Shown here in pieces: positions 35,701-49,200 of a stretch of DNA of 64,000 bases; the first letter of the stretch is position 1; each line of letters opens with the position of its first letter. The notes below the pieces were generated by a model. It saw only the letters and a program-made list of their open reading frames with translations. It searched no databases and had not been told where the DNA came from. The DNA is taken from the NCBI GenBank assembly GCA_963575745.1, contig CAUYUJ010000209.1:1-64000 (forward strand), in the 5' to 3' direction. The stretch comes from Prorocentrum cordatum. Taxonomy: Eukaryota. The translations under genes and the position numbers were made by a program.

Positions 35701-38700
35701 ATCGGGATGGGTCTTGAATGACCTCCAGGCTCTCCGGCGGCCATTCGAGACGATCTGGGCACCCCCAGCACGCCCTCGGTGAGGCGCAGCTGCCGGAAGG
35801 CACCCCGAGGCTGGGAGACTGTCGAGAACTGACGAGCACGCCCGAAAATCTCGAACCTCCAACCCCCGTCGGCGACTCCGAAGGGTGTGGCTTGCAAAGG
35901 GTGCGGCTTGCAGCCCGCACCCTGGGGAGAGGGCGAGGTTCTCGACAGAGCTCTCCGCCGCGCCCCGAGGAGGCCCGACGAATGCAACGTGGTGCCTCCA
36001 CGTCGCAGCGACGCAGATCGCAAATCACACCCCAGCGTAACCTCGGAGGCCAGGAGGTGGACACCAACACCGACATCGGCGGTGTACCTCCACCGAGGGA
36101 CAATGATCCCGGTCTCGGTGGTGGTGGTAAGATTCGGGCTTCCCAGGTGGCCAACAAAAATTACCACCGACACCGACATCGAGGATCCTCTTCTCCCTGT
36201 GGAGGCAGACCCCCTGTGTTGGTGCTGCTGCCCATACAGTCGGAGCGTTGACCCAAGGAACCCGAAATAAGCAACGAGGCCCCTCTCATCCACAAGTTGA
36301 ACTTCGATTTCCCATCGAAAACCAAAGGAAAACCCAAGGCAAACTGTAAAACAATCAAGGAGCACCGAACCCCTGCCCAACGAAAAGGGTTCCTTCTCCA
36401 GCGCCCCGACTGTACCCGGGCCTCCACTAATAACCCCACCCCTCCGGGCCGCCCCCACGCCGCCCCCCCTCGCCGGACCCCCGTCTGCCGCTCCAGCCTC
36501 TGCTCCCGGCGCCGCTCCCGCTGCCGCTCCCGCTTCTGCGCGCGCCTTATGTCGGGCGTGTCCCCCTACAGGGGGATTTTCGACGAAAAGGTATAAATAA
36601 TCCAAAAGTGCTCCAAAAATTACAAAAAAAAAAAAATACTCAAAAAATAGTCCCACGACTATTTTTAAAATATTTTATTTTTTTCTGCGAAAATCCCCCT
36701 GTAGGGGGACAGGCCCGACTTCACGCGCGCCTCCACGCCCTGCGCTCCTCGGGCCGCAGGCGCTGCGCGGGCAGCGCCAACGGGCGGGGGGGGGCCACCG
36801 CTGGCATGCAGGAGCAGCCAGTGCACATCGCACCGTCGAGCTCGGCTCGGCTCACGGCGTGCGTCCGATCGGGCTGCATCGGCACGGGGTCGGGATCGGA
36901 TCGACTCTGTCCGCGATGCTGGCCGTGGCCGGCCCTGGCCGACCGCCCCCCTCCCCCCAGGTAGCGTCACGATTCGGGCTGACCTCCGAGCTGTCTACGG
37001 GTTGTGCTGTAGGCATTCCCAGACGGCGCTGGCGCGAAGCGTGGCGTTTTACCCCCCCCACATCCTCCCCCCGGTAACGCCAGCTGTCGCCCGGGAGTAA
37101 AAGAGCACCCTCCAGGATGCACGCCATCGCCATGGCGTCATCGCCAATGCAAGCTTCGGGCCGCATCGGATCGCAAGAGCATCGAACTCGAGTCCAATCG
37201 AACTGGCCAAAATCGATGCCGGAGGATCGGATCGATCGGATCGAAATGGACCCTGCTGAGGGGGTCGCCACCTCCTCCAGGGAACGGCGCACTCCCTTCG
37301 ACTCCCCCAAAGCCCCCAGCACTCCCAGAGGCTCTAACAACGTCCAACCTCCTCCTCCTCCTCCTCCTCCTCCTCCTCCTCCTCCTCCTCCTCCTCCTCC
37401 TCCTCCTCCTCCTTCTCCTCGATCCTTCCCTTGAAGTGGTGACCCCCCCGGCAGGCGAGCGCCCCCACCCTCGGCGCTGCCCGAGATTCCTCTCGCATGG
37501 ACGGAGGCCCTCGTCCTGCCCAGGGGGGCCCTCGGCAGCGCCGCAGGGGCCCCCCTCGCCCCCGCCCGCCGCGCCCAGCTCGCCCTCCCCGCCGCGCCCG
37601 CCCGCCGCCGCGGCCCCGCGGGGCCCCCGAGGCGCCTCAATGGCCGCCGCGGGCCGCCGCGGGCCCCCGGCGGCCCCCGCGGGCGCCCGCGGCCCGCCGA
37701 AGGCCGCCGCCGCCGGCGCCGCGCGCGCGCGCGCGGCCGCGAGGAGCGCGGCGCACGCGGGCAGCGCCGAGGGCCCCCGCAGCCTTGCCGCCCGCTGCGC
37801 GCGGCCGCGCAGCGCGCGCGCCGCCGCCGCGCCCAGCATGCCGCCAGCGTCCGCCAGCGCATGCGAAGGAGGTGCGGCCGCCGGCGCGAGCGCCAGACCC
37901 GCGGGGGCCCCGAGCAGCCTCGCGGGGGCGCGCCAGGCCTGCGCGCCGCAGCCATTGGCCATCGGCTCGGGCGGGAGGGCGTTGGCCAGGATGGCTCGAG
38001 CCCAAACGGCTGAGCAGGATGAGCCCCGACATCCTCGCGTCATAAAGCAATCGCGACAGAAAGTTATTCGCCAGTTTCGGCTTCCAGCACGGCACGCGGG
38101 CACGTCATCACGGCACGACACTCGGGCACGGCCAGGTACGCGGGCGGCACAGTGCCGCTGTTTCGAACGTAGGCGCAGCACGTCACACGGGCACGGCTCA
38201 TCACGGCTTGGCGCGGCCCAGCACGGAACGCGGGCGGCACATCTGTCGCAGTTTCAAACGCAGGACCACGTTCTCAAAGCAGCTCGGATCCCTCATCTCC
38301 ATTGCTGCGTCGGGAATGAGGCAGCTCAGACTCCATAAAACATGCGTTATGTAGGGAGTCATACTTCCTTAGTCCGAATCAACTCAATTCAACTAGCGTT
38401 TGCCAGCGTGGACCCCTAACAGAGAGATACTGCACTTTCGAAGCGCAAGCGGCAACCAGTGGCAACGGGCGGCAACGCGGCGAATCCGCGGCACACCCCC
38501 ACGGGCGGCCACGGGCTGCAGAGGGCGACCACGTGGCGAATCCTCGGCATCCCCACACGGGCGCCCACGGGCGGCCACGGGCGGCAGCGAGGCGAACCTT
38601 CGGCACACAGCCACGGGCGGCCTCGCGCGGCAACAGGCGGGAACGTGGCGAATCCTCGGGACACACCCGCAGACAACAGCGATCACCGACGGGCGGCCAC

Positions 38701-39288
38701 GGGCCAGAACGCGGCGAATCACCAGGACACCCCCACAGGCGGCAACGGGCGGCAACAAGCTGGAACGTGGCGAATCCTCTGGACACTCATACAGCTCCTT
38801 GGAACACACACACACACACACACACGTAAGAACCCTTACGTGTCAGCACTGTGTGTGGGGGGGAAAGATACAGCTGACAATTCATCCTACTTCATCCCGC
38901 ACGAACAAAACATCTACTACAAAAAACAGTCAACAGCAATCTGCACATAGCTACCGTGCAGCTAGGACACTGGCGGTGCAAAACTTGGCCGCGGAAACGT
39001 GCGACGGCGACACCACAACACCCCGTGACGCTCAACCGCCACCATACACCAAGACACCACGACACCACCACACCATCACATCACGAAACCACATGACACC
39101 ACGACACCACCAGAAACTACGACACACCACGACACCATGAGGCCACGACACCACGTCACCTCACGATTGCAAGCGCAATGACGTCTCTGGCCAGCTCCGC
39201 CGGCGAGACTCGGGCTTCTCAGACGCTGTGGGGGCGGCAGACGCGCCACCAAGCAGCCCGACGGAGACGACGCCGACGATGTCGATGT

Positions 39289-39344
<56 letters not shown>

Positions 39345-40840
39345 CAACCACCGCCACCACCACGATGGTCACGATCAGTGGTGATAACTAGGGGGCCACA
39401 TGCGAACCCTACCCCTACCCCCCACGATTTCTGAAGGGGGAGCGTGGGGGTTACTTTGCTCGGGAGCCCCCGAACGAAGTGAACCCCACCCCTCCCTCAG
39501 AAATCGTGGGGGGCAGGGGCATAGGGCTTGCATGTGTGGCCCCCTATAGAGGACGGCCCTGGCGCCGCCGCCGAGCGGCACGGACCGCGCGGCGTCCTTG
39601 CCGACCATGTCGGTCTTCTGCAGCTGCTTGACGCGGTCGCGCACCTTCTCCTGCCGCGCGGACGGGCGAGGCGCGAGCTCGGCTCCGCGGGCCGAGGCTC
39701 GGCGCGGGCGCCGGCGGCCGTGCGGCGAGTGCGGGGCCCGCCGCCCGGCTTCTCTGCTCCTCCCCGCCCCCTTCCGGGGGCGGCCGAGAGGGGGGCGGCT
39801 AAGAGGGGGGCGGCCAAGAGGGGGGGAGGGCGCAAATCCTGGCCGGCGGCACGTGCGCGGCCCAGGGGGGTGGGGGGGGCCAGGGACGTAGTGGAGCAAG
39901 AAGAGGCGCCGTGGAGTCTGGAAGGACATCCCGGCCCACGCCCTGATGTCCATCCCCCCCTATAGTCATCACCCCCCTTTTTGCCGCCCCCGACCCTTCC
40001 GGGGCACGTCAATGTTGGGGACTGCGCGCAGACCTCCAACACCCAGGCCTGAGTCCTCCCCCCTCCCTTCTCCCCCCTCGATCAACATTTCTTCTCGGCC
40101 ATCCGGCGCCACCGCCAGGCTCTCGCAGGGCCGTACTCCCCGGGACGACTGACTGGCGCCTCGCCTCGCCTCGCCATCCCCTTCTGAGTGGTTGTGGCCG
40201 AAGGTTGAGGGTGGGGCCGAAGGTTGAAGGAACAACCTCTGCGAGCTTCACGCTGTCTGCGACCGGCACGGTCGCTGCACCCGTGGCTCCACAAGCCCAC
40301 TCGCTCCCACCTCACCCCCTCTCCCCCGTTCCCGTTCCCCTCCGCTCCCCATCACATCCCGCCCACTCCTCCCCTCCCGCCCCCGCGCCACCCCCAAACC
40401 CCATCCCTCCACTCTCACCCCTCCTCTCCTCCTGCCCTGCCGCCCCTATTCCGATGTATGACGCGCGTACGCGGAGAAAGTGAAAACCGTCTTCTTGAAT
40501 ATCGCTGCCATCATGAATCGCGATTTGGAAGCAGGCGCTTCAAGCATTTCGAAAAACTGCGAACCAGGAGAACTGGGAGGAAAAAAAGGTCAGAGAGGAA
40601 GGAGGGGAGAGAAGAGCACAGGAGAGAGAGGATGTTTGAAGATAGAGACGGGGGGGCTGCTTCGAAGAAGATACGGAAGGATAAAGCCTGCGAGGGAGGG
40701 ATGCAGCACACGCCCGCACTTTTTACCCTCCAACGCACCACTGGTTTGCAGCCAGCAATAAAAGGGGCGCTGCAAAGACGATGACAATAACGCGCACACG
40801 CACGCGCACCCTAACTCTCTCTCTCTCTCTCTCTTTGTTG

Positions 40841-40871
<31 letters not shown>

Positions 40872-43800
40872 CCTCTATCGCTCTCTGTCTCTCTCTCTCT
40901 CTCTTGTTTTGTTGATCGCGCTCTTTATGTACAATTATCTCTCTCCCTCTCTCACGATATTTTACATAGATTTCACATATCCCTCTCTCCCTCTCTGCCC
41001 CTATCTCTCTCTCTCTCTCTCAATTATCATGTGTTGTATATGTATTATTGTCCATTTGCGTACATGTACGGTATCGTTTTTTTTTCTCTCTCTCTCTCTC
41101 TCTCACGGTCTCTCTCTCTCTCTCTCTCGCTCTCTTTCTCTATCTCTCCCTCACTCCTTCCCTCCCTCATCTATCTCGATATCTAAACATGCTCATGGAA
41201 GCATACATACATGCATGCATATCTGCGTGAATGTTTGTGCTTGAACCGAGCCGTCGCGCGCTTCCCGCGCGTTCAAGATCCAGGTGCACACCACACGCTC
41301 GGGAATTGGAGCGCGCTGCATACCTCGAGACCTGAGGCATCGACCTGCGGCACTGGCCTTCTCCCCCGCTGCTCCCCTGACCAGGGGGAGGATCGCCCAG
41401 GAGACCTCGGGCAGAGAAAACTGCTCGCCACGAGCAGCGCGCGCAGGCGGCCTCTGGGCACCGAAGCCCGATGCCACGGCCACGGACACACGCACGGCCA
41501 GCTCGGTACCAGACCGCCTGGCCTACGCGGCTGCCCAGGCTCGGCCGACGCCCCAAAAGGACGGGGGCAGGGGCCCCAGGGCACCGCCCGGCAGCGCTCC
41601 GAACCGACCAGCAAGGTCCACCCACGAGGGAGGAGGCAGGGGGGCAGGAGCCACGGGGAGCAGCAGGAGAGAGAGGAGAGGCAGGAGAGGGAGAGGGAGG
41701 CGGGAGCGAGCGTGAGAGAGAGAGGGAGAGAGAGGAGAGGAGGCGGGAGATGGAGGAGGGCAGGGCCGGGAGGCAGGGGAGAGGAGAGCGCTGGAAGGAC
41801 GAGCGGAGTGGAGAGAGGCGGATAGAGCAGGAGAGAAGGACGAGGGAGGCACATGGAGGAGGGAGGACGCATCTGGGCCAAAGGTGGCCGCGCGTGCCCC
41901 CGCAACGTCGACCCAACCATGAACAATTTGTTGATCCGCGGGTCGAGAGCGCACCTCTTCCAGTCGAAGCTAAGCGGGCCGCGCGAAGCTTAGCTGGTCA
42001 ACCCCAGGAGGAACTGATCAAAACGTTTCCCGCGTGGTGAGGATCGGGGGGGTCCTGGGCCATCTGGGAAGTTTGCTCGGGCCAATGTGGATTGTATTGG
42101 GGGCCCCTTGGGTGGTTTGGGGGCTCTCTTGGGCCGTCTTGGGCTCCTTTGGGCCGTCTCGGGGGCCTCCTGGAGCCGCCACAGGGCCATCCGAAGCCCC
42201 ACGTGGCCGTTTCGGGGCTCTCTTGGGCCTTTTCGAGCTCTCCAGGGCCCTCTGAAGCCGTCTTGGGCGCCTTTTAGGGTCATCCTGTCGTTTTGGGTCA
42301 TGATGGGCGCCCTGAGCAGAGGAAAACAAGAACCCTAAAATTATTAACATGTCTAAAGAAAGTCGATGGCTTGTTCCTGTGAGGGCCCCCCTGGACCCGT
42401 CTAGGGAGTCTGTTGGAAGCCATTCTGAGTTTTCCTGAGCCGCCTTGGAGGCGTCGAAGCTGCCTTTAGGGTCCCTCCTCGCATACTCGCGCGCGTCTTA
42501 TGCTGGATCCCGAGCCTCGCTGGGACCCCCCCGCGGCTGTCTTCAGAGCCTGGCGAAAATCCCGGGAGGCCCTGGACCCAAGCTGGAGTTTCGAGGTCCC
42601 GGCTACAAGCATATGACGTCGGATATGAAGATTTCTCGATACGGGCCGTGGTAACGAAGCTTGGGACGCACATGATTTTTAAAGACCCAGAAGGGGTCTC
42701 CAGAGGCTTCGGAGTCCAAGGGCCGCGCGCCCATGATGACCGCCGCACCACCACCCCAGCGGCACAGCGGCCAATGCCGAAGGCCAGCGTTCAGGAGCAC
42801 ACTCGGCCACCAGGCATCCACACGTCTCGGTGGGCCGCTCCCGTATTAAGTGAAGAAACGCGTCTGGAGGCGACCCCAAACCTTGCGCGGCGGCGACTAG
42901 CGATGATCACCACCTACGTCGTTGCGATACGGCGAGCACCCGAGCGCAGGCGCTACGAACGAATAGCCATCGACGCCAGCCGCCTACCCAGGCACAAGCC
43001 GCCCAGGGCCGTGCAGGACAGGCCCCCACACAGCCGCAACAACGGGGGTAGCGCCAAGTAATCACTCAGAGCCGCGCTTCAAAAACATTCAGGACATCAG
43101 AGGAGATCTGAAGACGGACAGCGTGATGCGCGTGTAAAAAAAGGCATCGCACATGCAGGCACACAGCAACGAAACCTCAGACGGAAGAGGATAGAGGAGG
43201 ATAGCGGTTGAAATCCAAGGCATCATCACAGGAGCAATGGAGAACAATGCACCCACCCATCTGACACAAATCTCGCGGAAGCGACGACAGAACTTATAGC
43301 GACGACGATCATCATAGTCTGTGGACATACCACCAAACCCATACTCGACGCAAGAGCACCCAAATATACAACCACGAGGAGGAGAATGGAAGCGAGCACG
43401 AATGCAAGCCCCACGAGTACACATACGGAGAACGTTCATAGCAAGATGTGGAGACGCAGAGGTAGAGTTGCGACGATTGTTGAGGACGAGATGAGAGAGG
43501 CCAACCCCAATAATCTCAGGCAGCCAGTTCCGTAGACGAATAAAGAGCTCCTCAAAAACGGACGGCACAGTGAGAGGGGGAGCATGAAGACGTGAGTAAA
43601 GTTTACGCTGGAATACGTCAGGCTTAATACTGGGAACGTCCACGATGCCATGGGCAGCTGCGCTGACTTAAATAGATCAGACAGGAACGACTGTTGATAC
43701 CACCTTTGCGGACCCACCACACGAGCATAGCACGCATCCACTCCACCAACGATACGCTTAAGCTCACCCCAGCAATCTCCAACGCCGGGGCATTGCGTGG

Positions 43801-46251
43801 CAAAACGTACACGGCAAGCAGTAGAAAGGGCATCGGCATCAGGATTCTCACTCGGGAACCCGAGCTGCATCTACGAAATAAGCATATTGTACGAGAAATT
43901 CGACGGACCACATGTAAGTCTCTGGGGCATATGTTCATATGTCTTCGTAACAAACGGGGAGAGAGGCTTGATCTGCATCACAAACTGCAATACACTGAGG
44001 CACACAATCTGAATATTGAACGTGGCAATCGCGGTGGAATAACCAGGCGACAGCAAACGAAGCTGGGAGCAGCGCGCAACAAATTTCTCAAGGGGCAATT
44101 GCCAGGCCTCCCCAGCAGCACATGGCCAGGTATAAAAGTCGAGGTACTTCATAAGTCCTGCGCCTCCTGACCAGAGTCTGCTTGACCCTCTCCTCCATCC
44201 CCTTCCCACATAGCAAACGGCTGCACTTGCCAACATTGAGCGCCAGCCCAATGGCTCCATCGAGCAACAGGGGCGCACGCCACACTGCTGGCAGGGAGCC
44301 GATCACATTCACCACGCCAAAGCAGTCGTCGGCATGCGCAAGGCACGGAGAGAGCTGACGAGGAAGGGTAGATTGCTTCCAACGAATAACTGGGTCGAGA
44401 CAAAGAACATACAGCGCCATTGAACTTGGGTCACCCTGCCTGACCCCGCGACTCAACGCGAAGCCCTCAAACCGCCTGCCCCCCCCCCCCCACCACCCAC
44501 CCACACACGATTTCTCTCGTACAACATGCGATAGAAGTTCAAGATCAACAATGGAATACCCGTAGCAGCAAGCACAGCGTGGAGCCAAGAATGGAGGATA
44601 TAAGGACACGCAGCCGCAAAATCAGCAGCAAAGACCGCAGCACCATCATGTCCGAGCAAGTTCCGCTGAAGGCCCCACCCCTCCGCCTGAACAACACTGG
44701 TAAGCAGCTGCCGATCCTTGACACACATCTGCAACGGAACAACGGTGTCGCGTGAAAGCTGATTGAGCGGCACGCAACGCAGGCTAGAGAGAAGCTTGGC
44801 GTCTGTGTTGGCCATAGACAAAAGGCGAGTGCAAGCACAATCCCGAACAACGTTCCCTGCACCGTCCCCCACCCGTTCTCCTTTCGGCAAGAAGACCGTC
44901 GGCAGCTCCCCCACATCATCGGGCAATGCAGAGAAGGTGCCACGCACCACTGCAAGATAAACGCTGTAATGGTATCGCGGAGCGTCTCCGGCGCGCCAGC
45001 ACCAGTGCGGAATCCCATCAGGCCCCGGCCTCGAGTTACGACGCGAGCGAATAAGCTGGTAAAACCCAGGATAAGCGACCTCCCAAACAATCGTTTCTCC
45101 ATCATCAGTGTGTCGGTCCCCAGGGACAGCGCGAACATGAGTCAGGATCTCCTCCCAATAAATACGATCCGCGGGAACGTCCGAGAATACCCCCCCCCAG
45201 TAGTTCGCAAGGCAGGCGGCAGACGCCTCCAGCGATGGACACGGGCGGGCTTGCTCGTCCTGCACGGCAAAAAGAAACGCGCGTCGCTTAAACCTCCTCC
45301 AGAGCTCCTGCCTCCTTCGTGACCTCCTCATAACATTCATGTTGGCATCAACCTTGGTCTGCTGGTCATTCGTCAACTCCTTCTCCTCCGTCGACAGGCT
45401 GATATAAAGCTCTTGGATATGGCGGAAGAAACACTGAAGGTCAGTGCACACCATCGCCTCAAGCTCAAAGAACTGTTGCAGCGATGGGTGAGCAGCAAGG
45501 GCGCGGCACACGAGATGGTCTTGCTGCGCTCGAAGTCCACGCAGCGCGACCATGCATACACTCCGGGCAGGCGGCCAAGCTCATCCGCACGATCAGTAAG
45601 GATGCGCTCTAGCGTCTCGTGGTACACATCAGACTTACTCAACCAACTCGGGACCGTGGGAGCGTCGTTTGACGTCGGGCGATACGTAGTAATCTGCACA
45701 AGCACGGGTACGTGATCAGACGAGAAGGAATCGCAGAGCTTCCCAACGACAGGAGTTTGAATGGTAAGGTCAGCAATGATGGCAGCAAGGAAAGAAGAGT
45801 GAAGTCTGTCTAGCCGTGACGAATGAACTATATTACCACCACGGAACTCGCGACGTGTATCGTCAGCCTGGAAGAACTCAATCCAGTGCCCACAGCGCCT
45901 ATCAAAGACCTCACGAAACCGAGCATCACCATGAGTCCACCCACTCCCGTCCGCAGCCATCCTACCTTCACCCTCCAGAGTAAAATGTCCAATCCCCCAG
46001 GACAATCTAAAAACAACTGCTCGACAGGCGGCGGGGCTCCTAGAATGCCAACGACAATTGCTCGTATGTGCTGAGGGCTTCGCATGTATTCGGCATGTGT
46101 ACATCATGATCGCTAAATTCCCTTGAGCATCTTGAGCCAAAACGTCAACGGATGATGATGACAATGATGATGATGCTGATGATGATGATGGTGATGATGA
46201 TGGTGGTGGTGATGGTGATGGTGATGATGGTGATGATGGTGATGATGATGC

Positions 46252-46286
<35 letters not shown>

Positions 46287-49200
46287 ATTATTATTATTAT
46301 TGTGGTGGTGGTGGTGGTAATGATGGGGAGGCAAAGGTAGAGGAGAAAGAGGAGGTGGAAGAAAAGGGAACAGTTCAAGGAGCCGCGGGAGGAGGGGCAC
46401 ATAGAGGAGGAGGAGGAGGAGGAGGAGGAGGAAGAGGAGGAGGAGGCGACGAAGGAAGAAAAGGAGGATGAGGAGAAGCGGGAACATCTGCTGGCCTTCC
46501 CAGGAGGAGCAGGAAGAGTAGCAGAAGGAGCGGAATGGATTCACTAATTGTTCGAGAGGACCGTTCATGTTAGTTACTGGTTATTGGGGTGCAGGGCGGA
46601 GGAGGAGCCAGAGGAGGGCAAGAGGAGATTAGAACACACCGAGCCCCCCGTAAAGCCCTCCTCCCGTTTCCCGCTCGTCTCCCCTCCTCCTCCTCCTCCT
46701 CCTCCTCCTCCTCCTCCTCCTCCTCCTCCTCCTCCTCCTCCTCCTCCTCCTCCTCCTCCTCCTCTCCTCCTCCTCCTCCTCTCCTCCTCCCTCCTCCTCC
46801 TCCTCCTCCTCCTCCTCCTCCTCCTCCTCCTCCTCCTCCTCCTCCTCCTCCCCTCCTCCTCCTCCTCCTCCTCCTCCCTCCTCCTCCCTCCTCCTCCTCC
46901 CCCTGCTCGCCTCTCCTCCTTCCTCTCCTCCTCCTGCCTCCTTCTTCCCCCCCTCTCTCCCCTCCCACTCCTCCTCCCCCTTGTCCTCCTTCTCTTCCTC
47001 CTCTTTCCTCCTCCTCCTCCTCCTCCCCGTCCTCCTCCTCGTCCTCACTCCTCTTCCTCCTATCCCTCCCCCTCCCTCTCCCCCCCCCCCCCCCCTGGAG
47101 CAGGGCGGCGGGCTCCTCGTGGGTCCTGTTGTCTGGCCACGTCTGGCCGCCCCACTGGTTGCCGCCCCACTGGTTGCCGCCCCACTGGTTGCCGCCCCAC
47201 TGGTTGCCGCCCCACTGGTTGCCGCCCTGCATGCCTGTCTCGGGCGTTGGTAGAACTGGGTTTAGTGGAGCCTGGTTTGGTGATCTGTACCGGGGGCGCC
47301 CCCCCGTCCCATTTCCGCTAACCGGAACTACCGTCACCCGAAAAAACGCCGGCTATGGCAGACCTGGTTCAGTGATGATCTGGCCAATTCGAAGGCTCCG
47401 GGGCCCTAGCACTAACCGGGTCCCCTTACCCGGGGTCCTGGCCATACCCGACTGTCGGGGGGCGCTCGGCGGCGCCGGCCGCACGCAGGAGGCTGCCCCG
47501 GGCAGGAGCGACCCACGGCGTGCTGCTCTCGGGGGCCAACGGGGCGGGGTAGGCAGGGCACGCGGGCACACTCGCCCGTGCTGGGGTGGGGCGGGCCCTG
47601 GTGGGCCCGCACTGAGGGTGTCTCCCGGCGGACTTAGCTGCCCCGATACGCGACACGCAACACGTAGCGTATTGATACGGAGCTCAACACGAAGACTGAA
47701 CACGTAGGTCTGACGCGATGCGTTCGCCAAGGCGTGGGCCAATACGTTGAGCCAACACGCAACGTATTGACACGGACGTTTTGAACACGGCACGTGTTGC
47801 GTACCAAAACGGGCGTATCGAGGCAGCTAAGCCGGCGGATGGTCACTCTTGCGCGCAGCAGAAGTGGGAGGGGGCCAGGAAGGGCGGAGCTGAAGGCCAG
47901 CCTGCGGGAGGGGTGCTCCCGCAGCCAACCAAGCGCGACTGGGTGGCGACAGCGGCACGGAGTTGTCCGCAGAGCTTCCCGCGGCAACGGGGCATTCGAC
48001 GCAACAGGAGGGCCCGATGCTGCTTCGCACCCTCCACAACAGTTGCATCTATTCTTCACGGATACATGTATCGATCCTGCTCGACAATTCCTTCTCCCCT
48101 TGGAACTGTCATACGCTCTGCCGCCTGACCTTTGCCCGGAGGAGAGGAGGTCGGGGATCTGCTGACCAAGATCACTCCAAACAGGGGTCAGTCAGGCCTT
48201 GCAGGATCTTGCAAGACCCTGCGGATCCTGCAGGATCCTGCGCCCAAGCCCGGGTCAGTGCAGCCCTGGCTCTGCAGGATCATGCAAGACCGGGCGCTCT
48301 GACTGCCTCCCGTTTGCTGTGTTCCCCGTCTCTCGAGCCCCGAGGAGGGGGGGGCTGCTCCAAAAGACCGGAGCCGACGGCCCCAAGCCGGTCCCGCCCT
48401 GTGTGCGATGCCCACACATGAAAGGAAATTGAGACACACAAATAAATACACACAACTAACCAGATTCCCCATATTTATTTTCCCATATGTTCTGGGTTTC
48501 TGTCTTCCCCCCCACTTCCCATATTTTCCCATATTTTCTGGGGAATCGATGGTTGATTGTGTCTGTGTGTTGTTTCCCCTCCTGACCACAGGCCTTGCAT
48601 GGCCCATTGGTCGCCGCCCCAGCCGCCCTGGCCCTGCATGCCCCACTGGGGGCAGCCGCCGCAGCCGCCGCAGCCACCTCGGGACGGGTAGGGGGCAGGA
48701 GGAGGAGGAGGAGGAGGAGGAGGAGGAGGAGGAGGAGGGAGGAGGAGGAGGAGGAGAAAGAAGGAGGAGGAGGAGGAGGAGGAGTAGAGGCGGCCCGCGG
48801 CTCTGGCCTGCCAGGGCTGCTCGGCTCTCTTGCCCACCGAGCCGGGGGGGGGGGGGGGACAGAGGGAGAGAGCTGTGCGCCGCCACCCCCGGGGGGCGCA
48901 GGCGCGCTCGCGAGATGTGCGAAAAATCGCGATCCTGACGGCGGCACGTCGGGCCACCTGGCCGCCTCTGCAGGGCGTGGGCCCACAAAAGACTGACGTC
49001 TCGCTTCTTTACTTCCGCCGGGAGTTGTGGTTGATTGGCCCCTCGCGCGGCCCGCCTGGACTTTGACTCGCCGCTGTTGCGCTCTCGCCTGCGGCTGCCG
49101 ACAAACAAAAAAAAAAAACTTCCGCCGCCTTCCGCCGACCTTCCGCCCACCCTCCGCCAGCCTCCAGTCGAACTCCGCCGAGGGCGCGACGCGCCGAAGG

